Shown in pieces: positions 54,451 to 64,000 of a DNA stretch of 64,000 bases. How positions within the stretch are numbered: position 1 is the stretch's first letter; every line of letters begins with the position of its first letter. Source of the stretch: Planctomycetaceae bacterium (GTDB taxonomy: Bacteria > Planctomycetota > Planctomycetia > Planctomycetales > Planctomycetaceae); the NCBI GenBank assembly GCA_044235005.1, contig JBIIIF010000003.1, positions 5,792 through 69,791 on the forward strand. Reading direction: 5' to 3'. The notes below the pieces were generated by a model. It made no database searches and was not told the DNA's origin. It worked only from the letters and a program-made list of their open reading frames with translations. The translations under genes and the position numbers were made by a program.

Positions 54451-56028
54451 TCAGTTTGGATTCAGTTCCTTGCCGTTTGCATCTTCGCAGCGAAATGTCA
54501 TGTGTTCGAGACAAACATCTGACTTTGCCACGATCACGATTTCCACTTCGTTCTCTTCTTCAATCCTGATCAGTTCCTTGCGCTTGCGGTTGTTCAGATA
54601 GTTCCCGACGCGATCGTGAACCTCGATCTGAATCTTCGCAACGTTTTCCTGAGTGGACGCTGACATCACCAGCCGCATGACTTCGATTGAGAGGCTTTCC
54701 GCCGTCTTTACCTGACCAACGCCATTACAGGCCGGACAGTTTTCGTAGACACTGCGGCGCAAAGAAGGTCGAATTCGCTGACGAGTCATCTCGATCAATC
54801 CAAACGGACTGATCCGGAGTACTCGTGTTCTTGCTCGGTCTCGCATGACTGCGTCACGCAGAGCTCGCTCGACTCCACGACGATGACGTTCTTCACGCAT
54901 GTCGATGAAGTCATTCACGATGACTCCACCGAGGTCACGCAGACGGATCTGGCGAGCAATCGCATTCGCCGCTTTGAGGTTCATCTGATACGCGCTCTTT
55001 TCGGCGTCGTTGTCAGCTCTGAAGCTTCCACTGTTGACGTCGATGGCAACGAGAGCTTCTGTCTGATCGATTACAAGTGATCCTCCGCCTGGGAGAGGCA
55101 CATGGCGATCCTGAATGCGGGCGATCTCTTCTTCAATTCCGTACTGATTGAAGAGCGGTTCGCTGCCTTCGTAACGCTGCACGCGATTCACGTGAGCCGG
55201 CATGACAATCTTCATGAACTCTCTGGCACGCTCGAAAGCACCGTCTTCGTCGATCAGAACAGAGTCGATTTCATTGTTATAGATATCTCGGATCGTACGA
55301 ATGATCATGTCACTCTCTTCGTACAGTCCGGCGGGTGCGGGAGTATTCTTCAGGCGTTTGACGATTGTCTCCCACAACCGCAGCAGATAGTTCAGGTCGC
55401 GTCGGAGATCCGCCTCTTCGCGGTCGATACCGGCTGTGCGGATGATGAAGCCAAGGCCATTGGGCGGCTGGATGGCTTTCATTGTCTGGCGAAGTTGACG
55501 GCGAGTTTTCTCGTCATCAATTTTGCGGCTAACGCCAACTCGCTGCAGTCCTGGCATCAAAACCAGATATCGCCCGGGGATTGAGATGTACGTGGAAAGA
55601 GTTGGACCTTTGTTTCCAATTCCCTCTTTGATCACCTGAACCAGAACTTCACTGCCACGCTGAAAGACACGCTGGATCGGCGGCTTGTTGCGAGCATTAC
55701 GTTCGTTCAGATGCTTTGGAGGCCGACCACCGCGACCGCCTTCGCGATCATCTTCCTCTTCCGGCTCGTCCTTCACGAGGTGCTTGTAATACTGGTACTC
55801 TACGTCGCTGATGTGCAGAAAGCCGTTTCGACCAACACCGAAGTCGACAAACGCGGCCTGAATGCTGGGCTCAATATTGACGATCTTGCCCTTGTAGATA
55901 TTGCCGACGTAGTTTTCTGCACTGCTGCGTTCGACGTACAACTCCTCCAGAATCCCATCTTCCACGATGGCAATTCGGCTTTCCTCCGGCTGGAGGACAT
56001 TAATCAGCATTTCTTTTTTCATTGTCAC
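54451..56028 (-). CDS. rng: Rne/Rng-family ribonuclease (RNase G-sized)
   Basis: 525 aa. S1 domain (NIYKGKIVNIEPSIQAAFVDFG), catalytic core (VIDQTEALVAIDVNSG), Zn-link CPACNGVG, and no long C-terminal scaffold. Start is GTG 56028 or ATG 56022. Confidence 0.92.
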   Translation of the reverse strand: MTMKKEMLINVLQPEESRIAIVEDGILEELYVERSSAENYVGNIYKGKIVNIEPSIQAAFVDFGVGRNGFLHISDVEYQYYKHLVKDEPEEEDDREGGRGGRPPKHLNERNARNKPPIQRVFQRGSEVLVQVIKEGIGNKGPTLSTYISIPGRYLVLMPGLQRVGVSRKIDDEKTRRQLRQTMKAIQPPNGLGFIIRTAGIDREEADLRRDLNYLLRLWETIVKRLKNTPAPAGLYEESDMIIRTIRDIYNNEIDSVLIDEDGAFERAREFMKIVMPAHVNRVQRYEGSEPLFNQYGIEEEIARIQDRHVPLPGGGSLVIDQTEALVAIDVNSGSFRADNDAEKSAYQMNLKAANAIARQIRLRDLGGVIVNDFIDMREERHRRGVERALRDAVMRDRARTRVLRISPFGLIEMTRQRIRPSLRRSVYENCPACNGVGQVKTAESLSIEVMRLVMSASTQENVAKIQIEVHDRVGNYLNNRKRKELIRIEEENEVEIVIVAKSDVCLEHMTFRCEDANGKELNPN

Positions 56029-56588
56029 AACTTTCGTTCTTACGAACGATCAGTCTGCATCATGGCCGGTTCCTTCTTCCGAATCGCAGCAACGTCCTGA
56101 AAGCGAATTCGAAGCATGTCCCCATTGAGAGAATTTCCGACGGGAAATCGCATGATGCGAGGTCGGTCCTGTTCAATCCGTGAGCCGCAAAGCGGAACAG
56201 AGGCAGCGGGCGTTAATCGCGGGCCGCACGACATGGTTCGTAAAGTGCTTATGAGTGCGTTTGTGGTCGGAAGCGTCCGGAACGGAGGGTTCAAAGCGGG
56301 CGACATCACAGCGCGATCAAATCCCGGACGGGAGTTTGTCGTTCGCATTGTCGTGGCCGGTTTGGACTGGTTCATGACGCGATGATCATTTCATTCGCCG
56401 GTTCAACCCGGCATTCCGTTTCTTCATGGTTGAGCGAACGTCGCCCGACACGAATATTCATCAATTTGATTTGGCAATATTGTTGGCGACCTGCAGAGGA
56501 CTGTTGCTCTTTTCGCTGACAGCCGTCTGACTGGTCGAAGACAAATCGCCAGAATGTTCCTTGCCGCCGAGACAGGCCCGGCGGAAAA

Positions 56589-58349
56589 TCAAAAGCCAAC
56601 TTCATCAACAAGATCAGGGCACAGTCTTGATAACTCGCCCTGCAAATAGTGTTCAACGTCGCGAGCCAGATCCAGCGAACACGCATGCTGCGAGATTCGT
56701 TCGGCTTCTGTGATGGACAGGTTTCTGACGACCTCCTTCAGTCGAGGAATCGCCTGAGGCGTTGCACTCAGACTTCTCAAACCCATGCCCAGCAGCAGCG
56801 GAATGAACCGCGGATCAGAACTCATTTGTCCGCAGACCGTCACGGGTTTTCCGTGTTTTTCCGCGGCGCGAAGCACCATCTGGATGAGTCGCAGGATTGA
56901 CGGGTCGCCTGAACGATACAGGTGCGCCACCGTCGGATCCGAACGATCACATGCGAGAGTGTATTGAATCAAATCGTTTGTACCAATCGAGAAGAAGTCG
57001 ACTTCTCTCGCGAATTCTTCCGCCAGAATCACGGCGGAAGGGACCTCAACCATCATTCCGATGGGCACATTTCGCTGAAAAGGGATCCCTTCGTCCTCCA
57101 AATCCTCCATGACGTCCATCAAAATCATCTTCGCCTGCCGAAATTCCAGCAGTGTGGCCACCAGCGGAAACATGATTCGAACATTGCCATGAACCGAAGC
57201 TCGCAGGATGGCCCGCAATTGCCTTTTAAACATCTGCGTGTTTCGCAGGCTCAGGCGAATACTCCGCAATCCCAGCATCGGGTTCGCGCTTTCGGCAAAC
57301 TGATCAGCCATTAGTTGCGGGACTTTGTCAGCACCGATGTCCAGTGTTCTGATGACGACCGGAAGATCTCCACAGGCCTCGACCACTCGACAGTAAGCTT
57401 CATAGTGGTCTGATTCTGACGGTTCGCGGTTTCCGCTGAGAAACAAGAATTCGGTTCGGTACAGTCCGACACCATCCGCTCCGCGTTTGATGCACTGTCG
57501 AACTTCTTCCGGAAACTCGATATTGCCACAGATTGTGACGCGTTGGCCATCCTGTGTTTCAGATGGCAATGAGCCCATTTCGCCAAGTCGATCACGAACA
57601 CGCTGACTGCGTGCCTGTGAATGCTGAACTCTGGCAAGCGTTTCGTCGTCAGGATCAATGATCACACGGCCATGATCGCCGTCCAGAATAACGGATTCTC
57701 CCCCGGAGATTTCCGCAAGACATCGCCCCAGTCCGACTATCGCCGGAATCTCCAGAGCACCTGCCAGGATCGCCGTATGACTGGTGTGACCACCCACTTC
57801 GGTGGCAAAGCCAAGGACGTACTTTGTGTTGAGAGTTGCAGTTTCTCCTGGCGTCAGGTCATGTGCCAGAATGATGACTGGTTCTGTCAGATTGCTGAGC
57901 TCTTCCCGACTTTCGCCCAGAAGTTTACGCAGAAGTCGTTTCTCCAGATCGAAGATATCGAGAGCACGCTCCGACAGATAACGGTCACCCATTTTTTGAA
58001 GTTGTTCGGCGTAACTGCGCAATACTCGGCTGACAGCGAATTCGGGGGAGCGACACTGGTCACGAATCAGCGACTCAACTTCGCGAATCAGCCGCGGGTC
58101 CTGCGCCATCTGTAAGTGTGCAGAAAAAATTGCGCCGTACTGAGCACCAAGCTGCGAAGAGACCAGTTGCTCATTGCCTTTGATGTCTTTGCAAACCAGG
58201 TCCAGCGCAACATGGAATCGCTGGAGTTCAGCTTCGATGGCATCTTTGCTGACAAATTTTCGCGGAATGCGGAAGTTCTCGGAGCCCAGCACTAAGGCTG
58301 GGCCAGAAACCATTCCTGGCGAAACCGCAATTCCCGAGAAAACCTTCAT
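56589..58349 (-). CDS. ptsI: phosphoenolpyruvate--protein phosphotransferase (PTS enzyme I, no GAF domain)
   Basis: 586 aa. Phospho-histidine motif GGHTSHTAILA, PEP-utiliser TIM barrel (GLYRTEFLF, FFSIGTNDLIQY). Confidence 0.95.
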   Translation of the reverse strand: MKVFSGIAVSPGMVSGPALVLGSENFRIPRKFVSKDAIEAELQRFHVALDLVCKDIKGNEQLVSSQLGAQYGAIFSAHLQMAQDPRLIREVESLIRDQCRSPEFAVSRVLRSYAEQLQKMGDRYLSERALDIFDLEKRLLRKLLGESREELSNLTEPVIILAHDLTPGETATLNTKYVLGFATEVGGHTSHTAILAGALEIPAIVGLGRCLAEISGGESVILDGDHGRVIIDPDDETLARVQHSQARSQRVRDRLGEMGSLPSETQDGQRVTICGNIEFPEEVRQCIKRGADGVGLYRTEFLFLSGNREPSESDHYEAYCRVVEACGDLPVVIRTLDIGADKVPQLMADQFAESANPMLGLRSIRLSLRNTQMFKRQLRAILRASVHGNVRIMFPLVATLLEFRQAKMILMDVMEDLEDEGIPFQRNVPIGMMVEVPSAVILAEEFAREVDFFSIGTNDLIQYTLACDRSDPTVAHLYRSGDPSILRLIQMVLRAAEKHGKPVTVCGQMSSDPRFIPLLLGMGLRSLSATPQAIPRLKEVVRNLSITEAERISQHACSLDLARDVEHYLQGELSRLCPDLVDEVGF

Positions 58350-58460
58350 TGGCGCTGGCGAGTCTTTTCTGAGAGCCGTGACACAAGCGGACGACGTTCA
58401 GCAGGTAGTCTAGGCCCGGGAAACTCGCAGGACAATCAACCACACCTCGGCTTAGCCACT

Positions 58461-58757
58461 TCAGCGGTGATCAGTGCCCGGAACGACAAAGCCGTCTTCG
58501 AACAGGCGACAGACCGCGTCGGCTGCGGCCTCTGCATCCGTCCCGGCCACCTCCATGTTCAGGATTGCACCACTGGGAACAGCCATGAGCATCAGATCAA
58601 ACGCAGATTTTGCATCGGCTCGATGACCGTCAAAGAAGAGAGAGATTGACGAGGAATATGTCGTGGCGCAACGCACCAGCAGGGTGATCGGACGCAGGTG
58701 CAGACCATCCTCCGGGGTAACTTTGACCTGTCGTCGGACGACGTCCTCCGATTGCAT
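58461..58757 (-). CDS. ptsH: HPr-family phosphocarrier protein
   Basis: ATG 58757 has GGAGG 8 nt upstream. It gives a 98-aa protein with the His15 motif GLHLRP and a Ser46-type motif AKSAFDLM. The track ORF (to 58853) adds an unlikely 32-aa extension. Confidence 0.88.
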   Translation of the reverse strand: MQSEDVVRRQVKVTPEDGLHLRPITLLVRCATTYSSSISLFFDGHRADAKSAFDLMLMAVPSGAILNMEVAGTDAEAAADAVCRLFEDGFVVPGTDHR

Positions 58758-58853
58758 AGTAAATTCCTCCGACGGGCGTGGCAGTTTCTGAACTGACTTC
58801 ACGCCCATGAACCCGACCTGAACTACGTGCATGCGATTCAGGGCAGACTCCAA

Positions 58854-59330
<477 letters not shown>

Positions 59331-59591
59331 TGCAACTCTCTCAACTTAGCAAGCAGGCGAAACCAGAAAATGGCCGCCAGAAAAAGGCACTTCGGCTTCT
59401 GCTGACAGTTCGAACCCGACCTGCGCAGAACAGTAAATGATCTAATGAGGCATTGTGCCCACACGCATCAGGAGGCTAAAGACGCTGACTTCCTTTGAAC
59501 ATCACCGAATTCTTCCTCGGCCGATCGACTTCGCCGCGCGAAAACGGAACACAGTTCAAATGAGCAGCAATTGGTTTCTACCTGGTAACGA

Positions 59592-59936
59592 TTATGTGGC
59601 AGGGTCGTCCATTTTTGTTGGCATGTCTTTAATCGAGGGTTGATGCTTATGGTCTCGATGTTTCTCTTTGTACTTGTGAACCTGATGTTCCATCTTGTGA
59701 AGGCATTTATCGAATGTTGCACCCGCGTCTTCGCCTTCAACATGGGCTACAATGGTGTGGAAACCATCGATTTCAACCAGCATTTCCACGTCAACTCTCG
59801 GGCCTTCAAACTCCAGAGTCACATCGATTTCGCTGACCGTGTTCAGGTAGCGAACAAGTTTCTCTGATTTTTGAGTAATGTGCTCTCGTAGTTCCGGTCG
59901 GATACTGCCGTGTCGACAGGTGATAGCAACCTGCAT
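59592..59936 (-). CDS. hpf: ribosome hibernation promoting factor / RaiA family
   Basis: 114 aa. MQVAITCRHGSIRPELREHITQKSEKL...DKCLHKMEHQVHKYKEK is the sigma-54-modulation-protein fold signature. Confidence 0.92.
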   Translation of the reverse strand: MQVAITCRHGSIRPELREHITQKSEKLVRYLNTVSEIDVTLEFEGPRVDVEMLVEIDGFHTIVAHVEGEDAGATFDKCLHKMEHQVHKYKEKHRDHKHQPSIKDMPTKMDDPAT

Positions 59937-60535
59937 TCCAGATTTCCTTCAATTCAGTGAAACGTTCGATAGGTCTATCGAAGGTGGGGAATCCCCGAAT
60001 TTTCCAATCAGGCTTCGCCGCTGATGCCTGTTCGTAAGGCAATCATAACACCGCGAATGGCTGAGAGGGGGCGATTCTAGAAGGAAGAGCCAGACAGGAA
60101 AAGCGGTTCGTTGGGGTTCTTCGGCCGAAGAATCAAAGTTCAGAGTCAAAACCCTGGAATCCTGACGCCGTCGAAGGATCGCATGTCCAGTCAAAGTGGT
60201 TCAGTTCCGGCAACGCGGCACATCCAGACTCAAAAAGGTCAGAGAGACCGCTGATTCGGATCTCTCTGCGTCAAAGCGACCTTGGGCGAGGATTCCCCGG
60301 GGTGCTGAACACGCTCATCGAGACATGATGCGGAGTATCCGCTTCAGTATTTTGACGCGTGTCCTGAGAGGCTGTTGAATTAATGGCTTATCACAACCCG
60401 ATACGTGAGTGAGGGATAAAAGTAGGTGCGTTTTCAACAACAATCCCTCGCTGACGCAGCGGGTCAGGGTTAAATCAACAGGCTGCCAAAAACACAAACG
60501 TCAGATCTGAGGACTGCTGATCGCATCGATGCTGA

Positions 60536-63500
60536 TTAAGCCTGAGGTGAGGGAACACTTGTGCTGATGGTTGTTGTCCCCGGCTTTCCACGGCTGAACA
60601 TTCTTGAGATGGCCTCTTTCGCATCCATGACGAGACTGAACCCTGCCGGGATCAGCACGAGCGTAAAGAATGTCGAGACGATCATTCCGCCAAGGACCAC
60701 GGCTCCAAGTCCCTGATAGAGCTCGCTGCCGGCACCGACGCTCCACACCCAGGCACCGTCCGCCCATATTGGAAGCGGCACGACCAACGGGAACATTCCA
60801 AGCACCGTCGACAGAGTGCTCATCAGGATCGGTCGCATACGAGTTCGAACTGTCTCACACACTGCGTCGACCGAATTCATTCCTTCTTCTCGCATATAGT
60901 TGAGACCCTGGTGAACGATCAAAATCGCGTTGTTAACAACCGTACCAATCAGGATTACAAAGCCCAGCATAGTGAGCATGTCAAGTGGCTGGAAGACAAA
61001 CTGATTCATGATCTTGAGGCCACCAAGACCTCCTACAAGAGCCAATGCAACGCTGATCATGACCACCAGAGGATACAGGAACGACTCAAACAACGCTGCC
61101 ATCAAAAGATAGGTCAACAGCAGAGCGAGCAACAGATTCCACTTGAGGTCGTACCATGTATCCGCCAGCTTGTCAGCGGTACCAGCCAGCCGAACCTGAT
61201 ACGCACCACTCTGGAATCGCGGAGACTGCATCAGCACCTGACGAACTTTTTCGTCAACAGTTTTCATCGCCGTTTCGAGAGGGACTCCCGGAGCCGGCTT
61301 AAGCTGAATTGTGATGGACCGCGATCGTTCGATATGGTTAACCTGTTCCGGACCGCGGCTCAACACGACATCGGCCACAGATGACAGTCGAACCGTTTCT
61401 CCGGAGGGCGTTCGAATCGGCAGATTTTCGATGTCATGCGAATGGCTCGCATAGTCTGCATCGCCACAGATCACGAGATCGATTCGACGGCCCTCATGCC
61501 AATAATCTCCCGCAAATGCTCCATCGACGAGAGCATTCACGCCATAGCCGAGTGATTGCGAGGTGACTCCCAGCTCAGCAGCTTTTTCCAGTTTCGGAAT
61601 GATGTGAAGTTCAGGACTTGAAAGATCAAGCCCCGGGATCGGACGCAGTTGATTGCCTTTGTGCATAGGGAACTCGGCCATGCAGAGTCCAAATGCTTTC
61701 TGCGCTTCTTCAACGAGGCCCTCCAGATCCGGACCGGTAATATCAATGTCGATGGTTCGTCCACCGCTCAGCCCGCTGTCAAACAAGCTGGACTGACTGA
61801 CGATAGGAATGACTCCAGGCTGTGACCCTGCCGCTTTGGCAAGGATCGGAATCAATTCGGCCGCGCGAAGTTCGTCAACGGCTTTGGCTCCGAGAAACAA
61901 CATGCGACCTCGAGCGACAAAGAAGAAGTCATTAATTCGCGGCGAACCTGGTGGCGCGTCCTCAGCCCAATACGGTGTCAGTTGTCGCTCGATGCCTTCA
62001 CCCAGTTCGATCATTTTGTCGATGTTGTAGCCCGGTGGCGGCAGCAGGATCGCGATAATCAGATTGCGATTTCCTGTGGGCAGATATTCCGTATCTGGCC
62101 ATAACAGAATACTGCTCCAGACTGATCCCAGGCAGAACAACACGACAACCAGCAGTCGCCAGAACCAACTGCCACGAGCCGACATCATCCTGCGCATCGC
62201 GCCGGCGAATAGTTCATTCATCCAGTGGCTGACTCGAACAAGTCCGAACAGTCCGGAGAAGCCATAGCTGGTATCATATTCCAGGCTGGCAGATTTCTGA
62301 TTCTTCAGGAGCCAGCAGGCCGCCGCAGGAATCACGGTGACACTCACCAGCATTGAAATACCCACGGAGCATGCAATTGCAATCGAGATGTCTCTAAAGA
62401 GTTGTCCGGCCTGACCCTCGACAAAGATCACCGGAACGAACACCACGATCATCGCCAATGTGGCTGCAAGCACCGCTCCCCAGACTTCCTGGGTCCCCTG
62501 CAATGCGGCTTCGCGAGGTGACTTGCCCATCTGAAAGTGTCGATAAATGTTTTCGAGCACTGTGATGGCATTGTCGGCCACCATGCCCACCGCGAACGCC
62601 ATCCCGGCAAGGCTGATAACGTTGATGCTTCGTCCGAAAATCTTCACGAACATAAACGTCGCGATCACGCTGATCGGAATCGACAAGCCAATGATGATTA
62701 CCGAACGCACGCTCTTCAGAAACAGCAGCAGGATCAGGACCGCGAGCGCTCCGCCGGAATAAACATTGCTTTCAACGAGGGCCGTTGCCGAATCCAGGTA
62801 CAAGGTCTGATCGTAGACCTGTTCCATATACAGGCCCTTGGTAGCCAGAATTCCAAGGTTCAGTTCCTCGCAGGCAATACGGAGGTTGTTACCGTAGATT
62901 CGAGTGCACTCACCGAGCTCAAGCAGAGTGATCTCCCCGTCTTTGTTCAGGTCCAGATCCTCGCGCGGCGGCCCCATGACTTGTTTGATGTTTGTATTCG
63001 GGGCCTGCTGAGCATTCACGGCCAGGGCATTGAGACCCATCTGACGCACGACACCGTCAGGTTTCTTGTACGCAACGCCAACGGTTGCCACATCACGAAC
63101 TCGCACAGGTGAATTGTCACGGTTAACGATAATCGTGTCTTCGACCTGTTCGGGCGTCTGGAATTGTCCGAGTGTTCGAACGACATTCCGCTGCCGACCT
63201 TCGGGAATATCCCCGGCTGAGGTATTCTGGTTTTGTGCAATCAACGCCGTGCGGAGCTGATCGATGGTCACGCCAAAAGCTGCCAATCGAGTTGGATTCA
63301 CTTCAACGCGGAACTCCTGTTCCTGGCCGCCGAACACATTCCCGTTGGCAACGCCCGGGACTCGCTCGAAGACTGCTTCAATGTACTCTTCGGCAAACTT
63401 TCGCATGAACGCGGGATTGTTGCGGCCCATCGTGAAAGTCTTCAGTACAGGATACTGATCGGCCAACAGATTCAGCTTGGGTAGATTGATTGGCTTCGTG

Positions 63501-64000
63501 CCCTCCATCAACGGGGCCAGCGGTTCCTTCAACGCGGGATCCTGAGCGATCAGGTTGTTGAGATCTTCGCGAGTGGGCGGGATAGGCTTCAGAATAAACC
63601 AGGCAATCGCGTTGACATTTGCATTGACTGTTGAAATCACCGGCTCTCGAGCATCGTCCGGATAATTGGGAACCTGATTGAGCTTCTCGGCGACTCTCGC
63701 ACGAGCATCGGCGATATCGGTTCCGACTGCGAAACGCATGGTGATGGTTCCCATCGAGTCCGAGCTTTCGCTTTTAAACTCGTCCATTCCCTCCACGCTC
63801 TTAAGCTGTTCTTCCTGCTCATCAATGATCTCACGTTCCACCTCCTGAGCGCTGGCACCAGGCCAGAGTGTCGTAATCGTCAGCTCTGGTTCGGTAACGT
63901 CCGGCGTCAGCTGGACCGGCGTTGCGAGATACGCGATGACACCAAACAGAAGCGACAGAATCACTCCGACGGTGAGTTTCACCGGGTTCTCGATGGAGAA
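60536..64000 (-). CDS. RND efflux transporter permease (AcrB/HAE family); N-terminus lies beyond the window end
   Basis: The reading frame is open to base 64000 (...SIENPVKLTVGVILSLLFG...). There are 12-TM RND signatures and two large periplasmic loops. More than 1150 aa are visible. Confidence 0.93.
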   Translation of the reverse strand, partial: FSIENPVKLTVGVILSLLFGVIAYLATPVQLTPDVTEPELTITTLWPGASAQEVEREIIDEQEEQLKSVEGMDEFKSESSDSMGTITMRFAVGTDIADARARVAEKLNQVPNYPDDAREPVISTVNANVNAIAWFILKPIPPTREDLNNLIAQDPALKEPLAPLMEGTKPINLPKLNLLADQYPVLKTFTMGRNNPAFMRKFAEEYIEAVFERVPGVANGNVFGGQEQEFRVEVNPTRLAAFGVTIDQLRTALIAQNQNTSAGDIPEGRQRNVVRTLGQFQTPEQVEDTIIVNRDNSPVRVRDVATVGVAYKKPDGVVRQMGLNALAVNAQQAPNTNIKQVMGPPREDLDLNKDGEITLLELGECTRIYGNNLRIACEELNLGILATKGLYMEQVYDQTLYLDSATALVESNVYSGGALAVLILLLFLKSVRSVIIIGLSIPISVIATFMFVKIFGRSINVISLAGMAFAVGMVADNAITVLENIYRHFQMGKSPREAALQGTQEVWGAVLAATLAMIVVFVPVIFVEGQAGQLFRDISIAIACSVGISMLVSVTVIPAAACWLLKNQKSASLEYDTSYGFSGLFGLVRVSHWMNELFAGAMRRMMSARGSWFWRLLVVVLFCLGSVWSSILLWPDTEYLPTGNRNLIIAILLPPPGYNIDKMIELGEGIERQLTPYWAEDAPPGSPRINDFFFVARGRMLFLGAKAVDELRAAELIPILAKAAGSQPGVIPIVSQSSLFDSGLSGGRTIDIDITGPDLEGLVEEAQKAFGLCMAEFPMHKGNQLRPIPGLDLSSPELHIIPKLEKAAELGVTSQSLGYGVNALVDGAFAGDYWHEGRRIDLVICGDADYASHSHDIENLPIRTPSGETVRLSSVADVVLSRGPEQVNHIERSRSITIQLKPAPGVPLETAMKTVDEKVRQVLMQSPRFQSGAYQVRLAGTADKLADTWYDLKWNLLLALLLTYLLMAALFESFLYPLVVMISVALALVGGLGGLKIMNQFVFQPLDMLTMLGFVILIGTVVNNAILIVHQGLNYMREEGMNSVDAVCETVRTRMRPILMSTLSTVLGMFPLVVPLPIWADGAWVWSVGAGSELYQGLGAVVLGGMIVSTFFTLVLIPAGFSLVMDAKEAISRMFSRGKPGTTTISTSVPSPQA

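Noticed and set aside
56040-56375. 111-aa minus-strand ORF and 89-aa + strand ORF in the RNase E/G leader
   Set aside because: Translations are R/P/S/T-rich with no start context. The region is better interpreted as a 5' UTR.
58758-58853. 32-codon N-terminal extension of the HPr ORF
   Set aside because: The internal ATG at 58757 has a perfect GGAGG RBS and yields a canonical-length HPr. The extension would abut the ptsN stop and has no HPr homology.

Overview
This 64-kb chromosomal segment reads as a Planctomycetota genome of mid GC content. Hallmark families are a DUF1559 H-X9-DG pseudopilin-like protein, three secreted BamB/PQQ-like beta-propellers, a PVC-type heme-binding CxxCH giant, a prenyltransferase/squalene-oxidase-repeat protein and a PEP-CTERM-like protein. 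Most of the window is housekeeping: valS, proB, hisH, hisA, queG, gluQ, carA, ndk, an RNase E/G gene, an hpf-ptsN-ptsH-ptsI nitrogen-PTS block, and ABC and RND transporters. These are interleaved with lineage-typical secreted and membrane proteins. The clearest accessory region is 43.8-49.6 kb. It holds an orphan vgrG translationally coupled to a 648-aa protein with an internal PAAR-like cone and an unclassifiable C-terminal domain. No immunity gene and no other T6SS core gene is visible. Next to it sit an alpha/beta-hydrolase lipoprotein gene with no canonical start codon and an 81-bp perfect hairpin. Signals not explained by ordinary gene calls:
- a dispersed intergenic repeat of about 50-60 nt in five copies (core GCGAACA-N~20-GCCGCCCGAAGAATAG)
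- a 29-codon, extremely basic ORF with its own RBS and terminator, probably a bS22-like ribosomal peptide, too short for the ORF track
- a Ser/Thr kinase gene decayed by at least four frameshifts
- a secreted Cys-rich protein with keratin-associated-protein-like CCxPAPSCC repeats
- an isolated tadE-tadG-tadE minor-pilin set
- a MarR-headed operon of two beta-propeller proteins

I saw no rRNA, tRNA, CRISPR, transposase or integrase genes. All family calls come from reading motifs in the supplied translations and DNA by eye. No database search or folding program was run.
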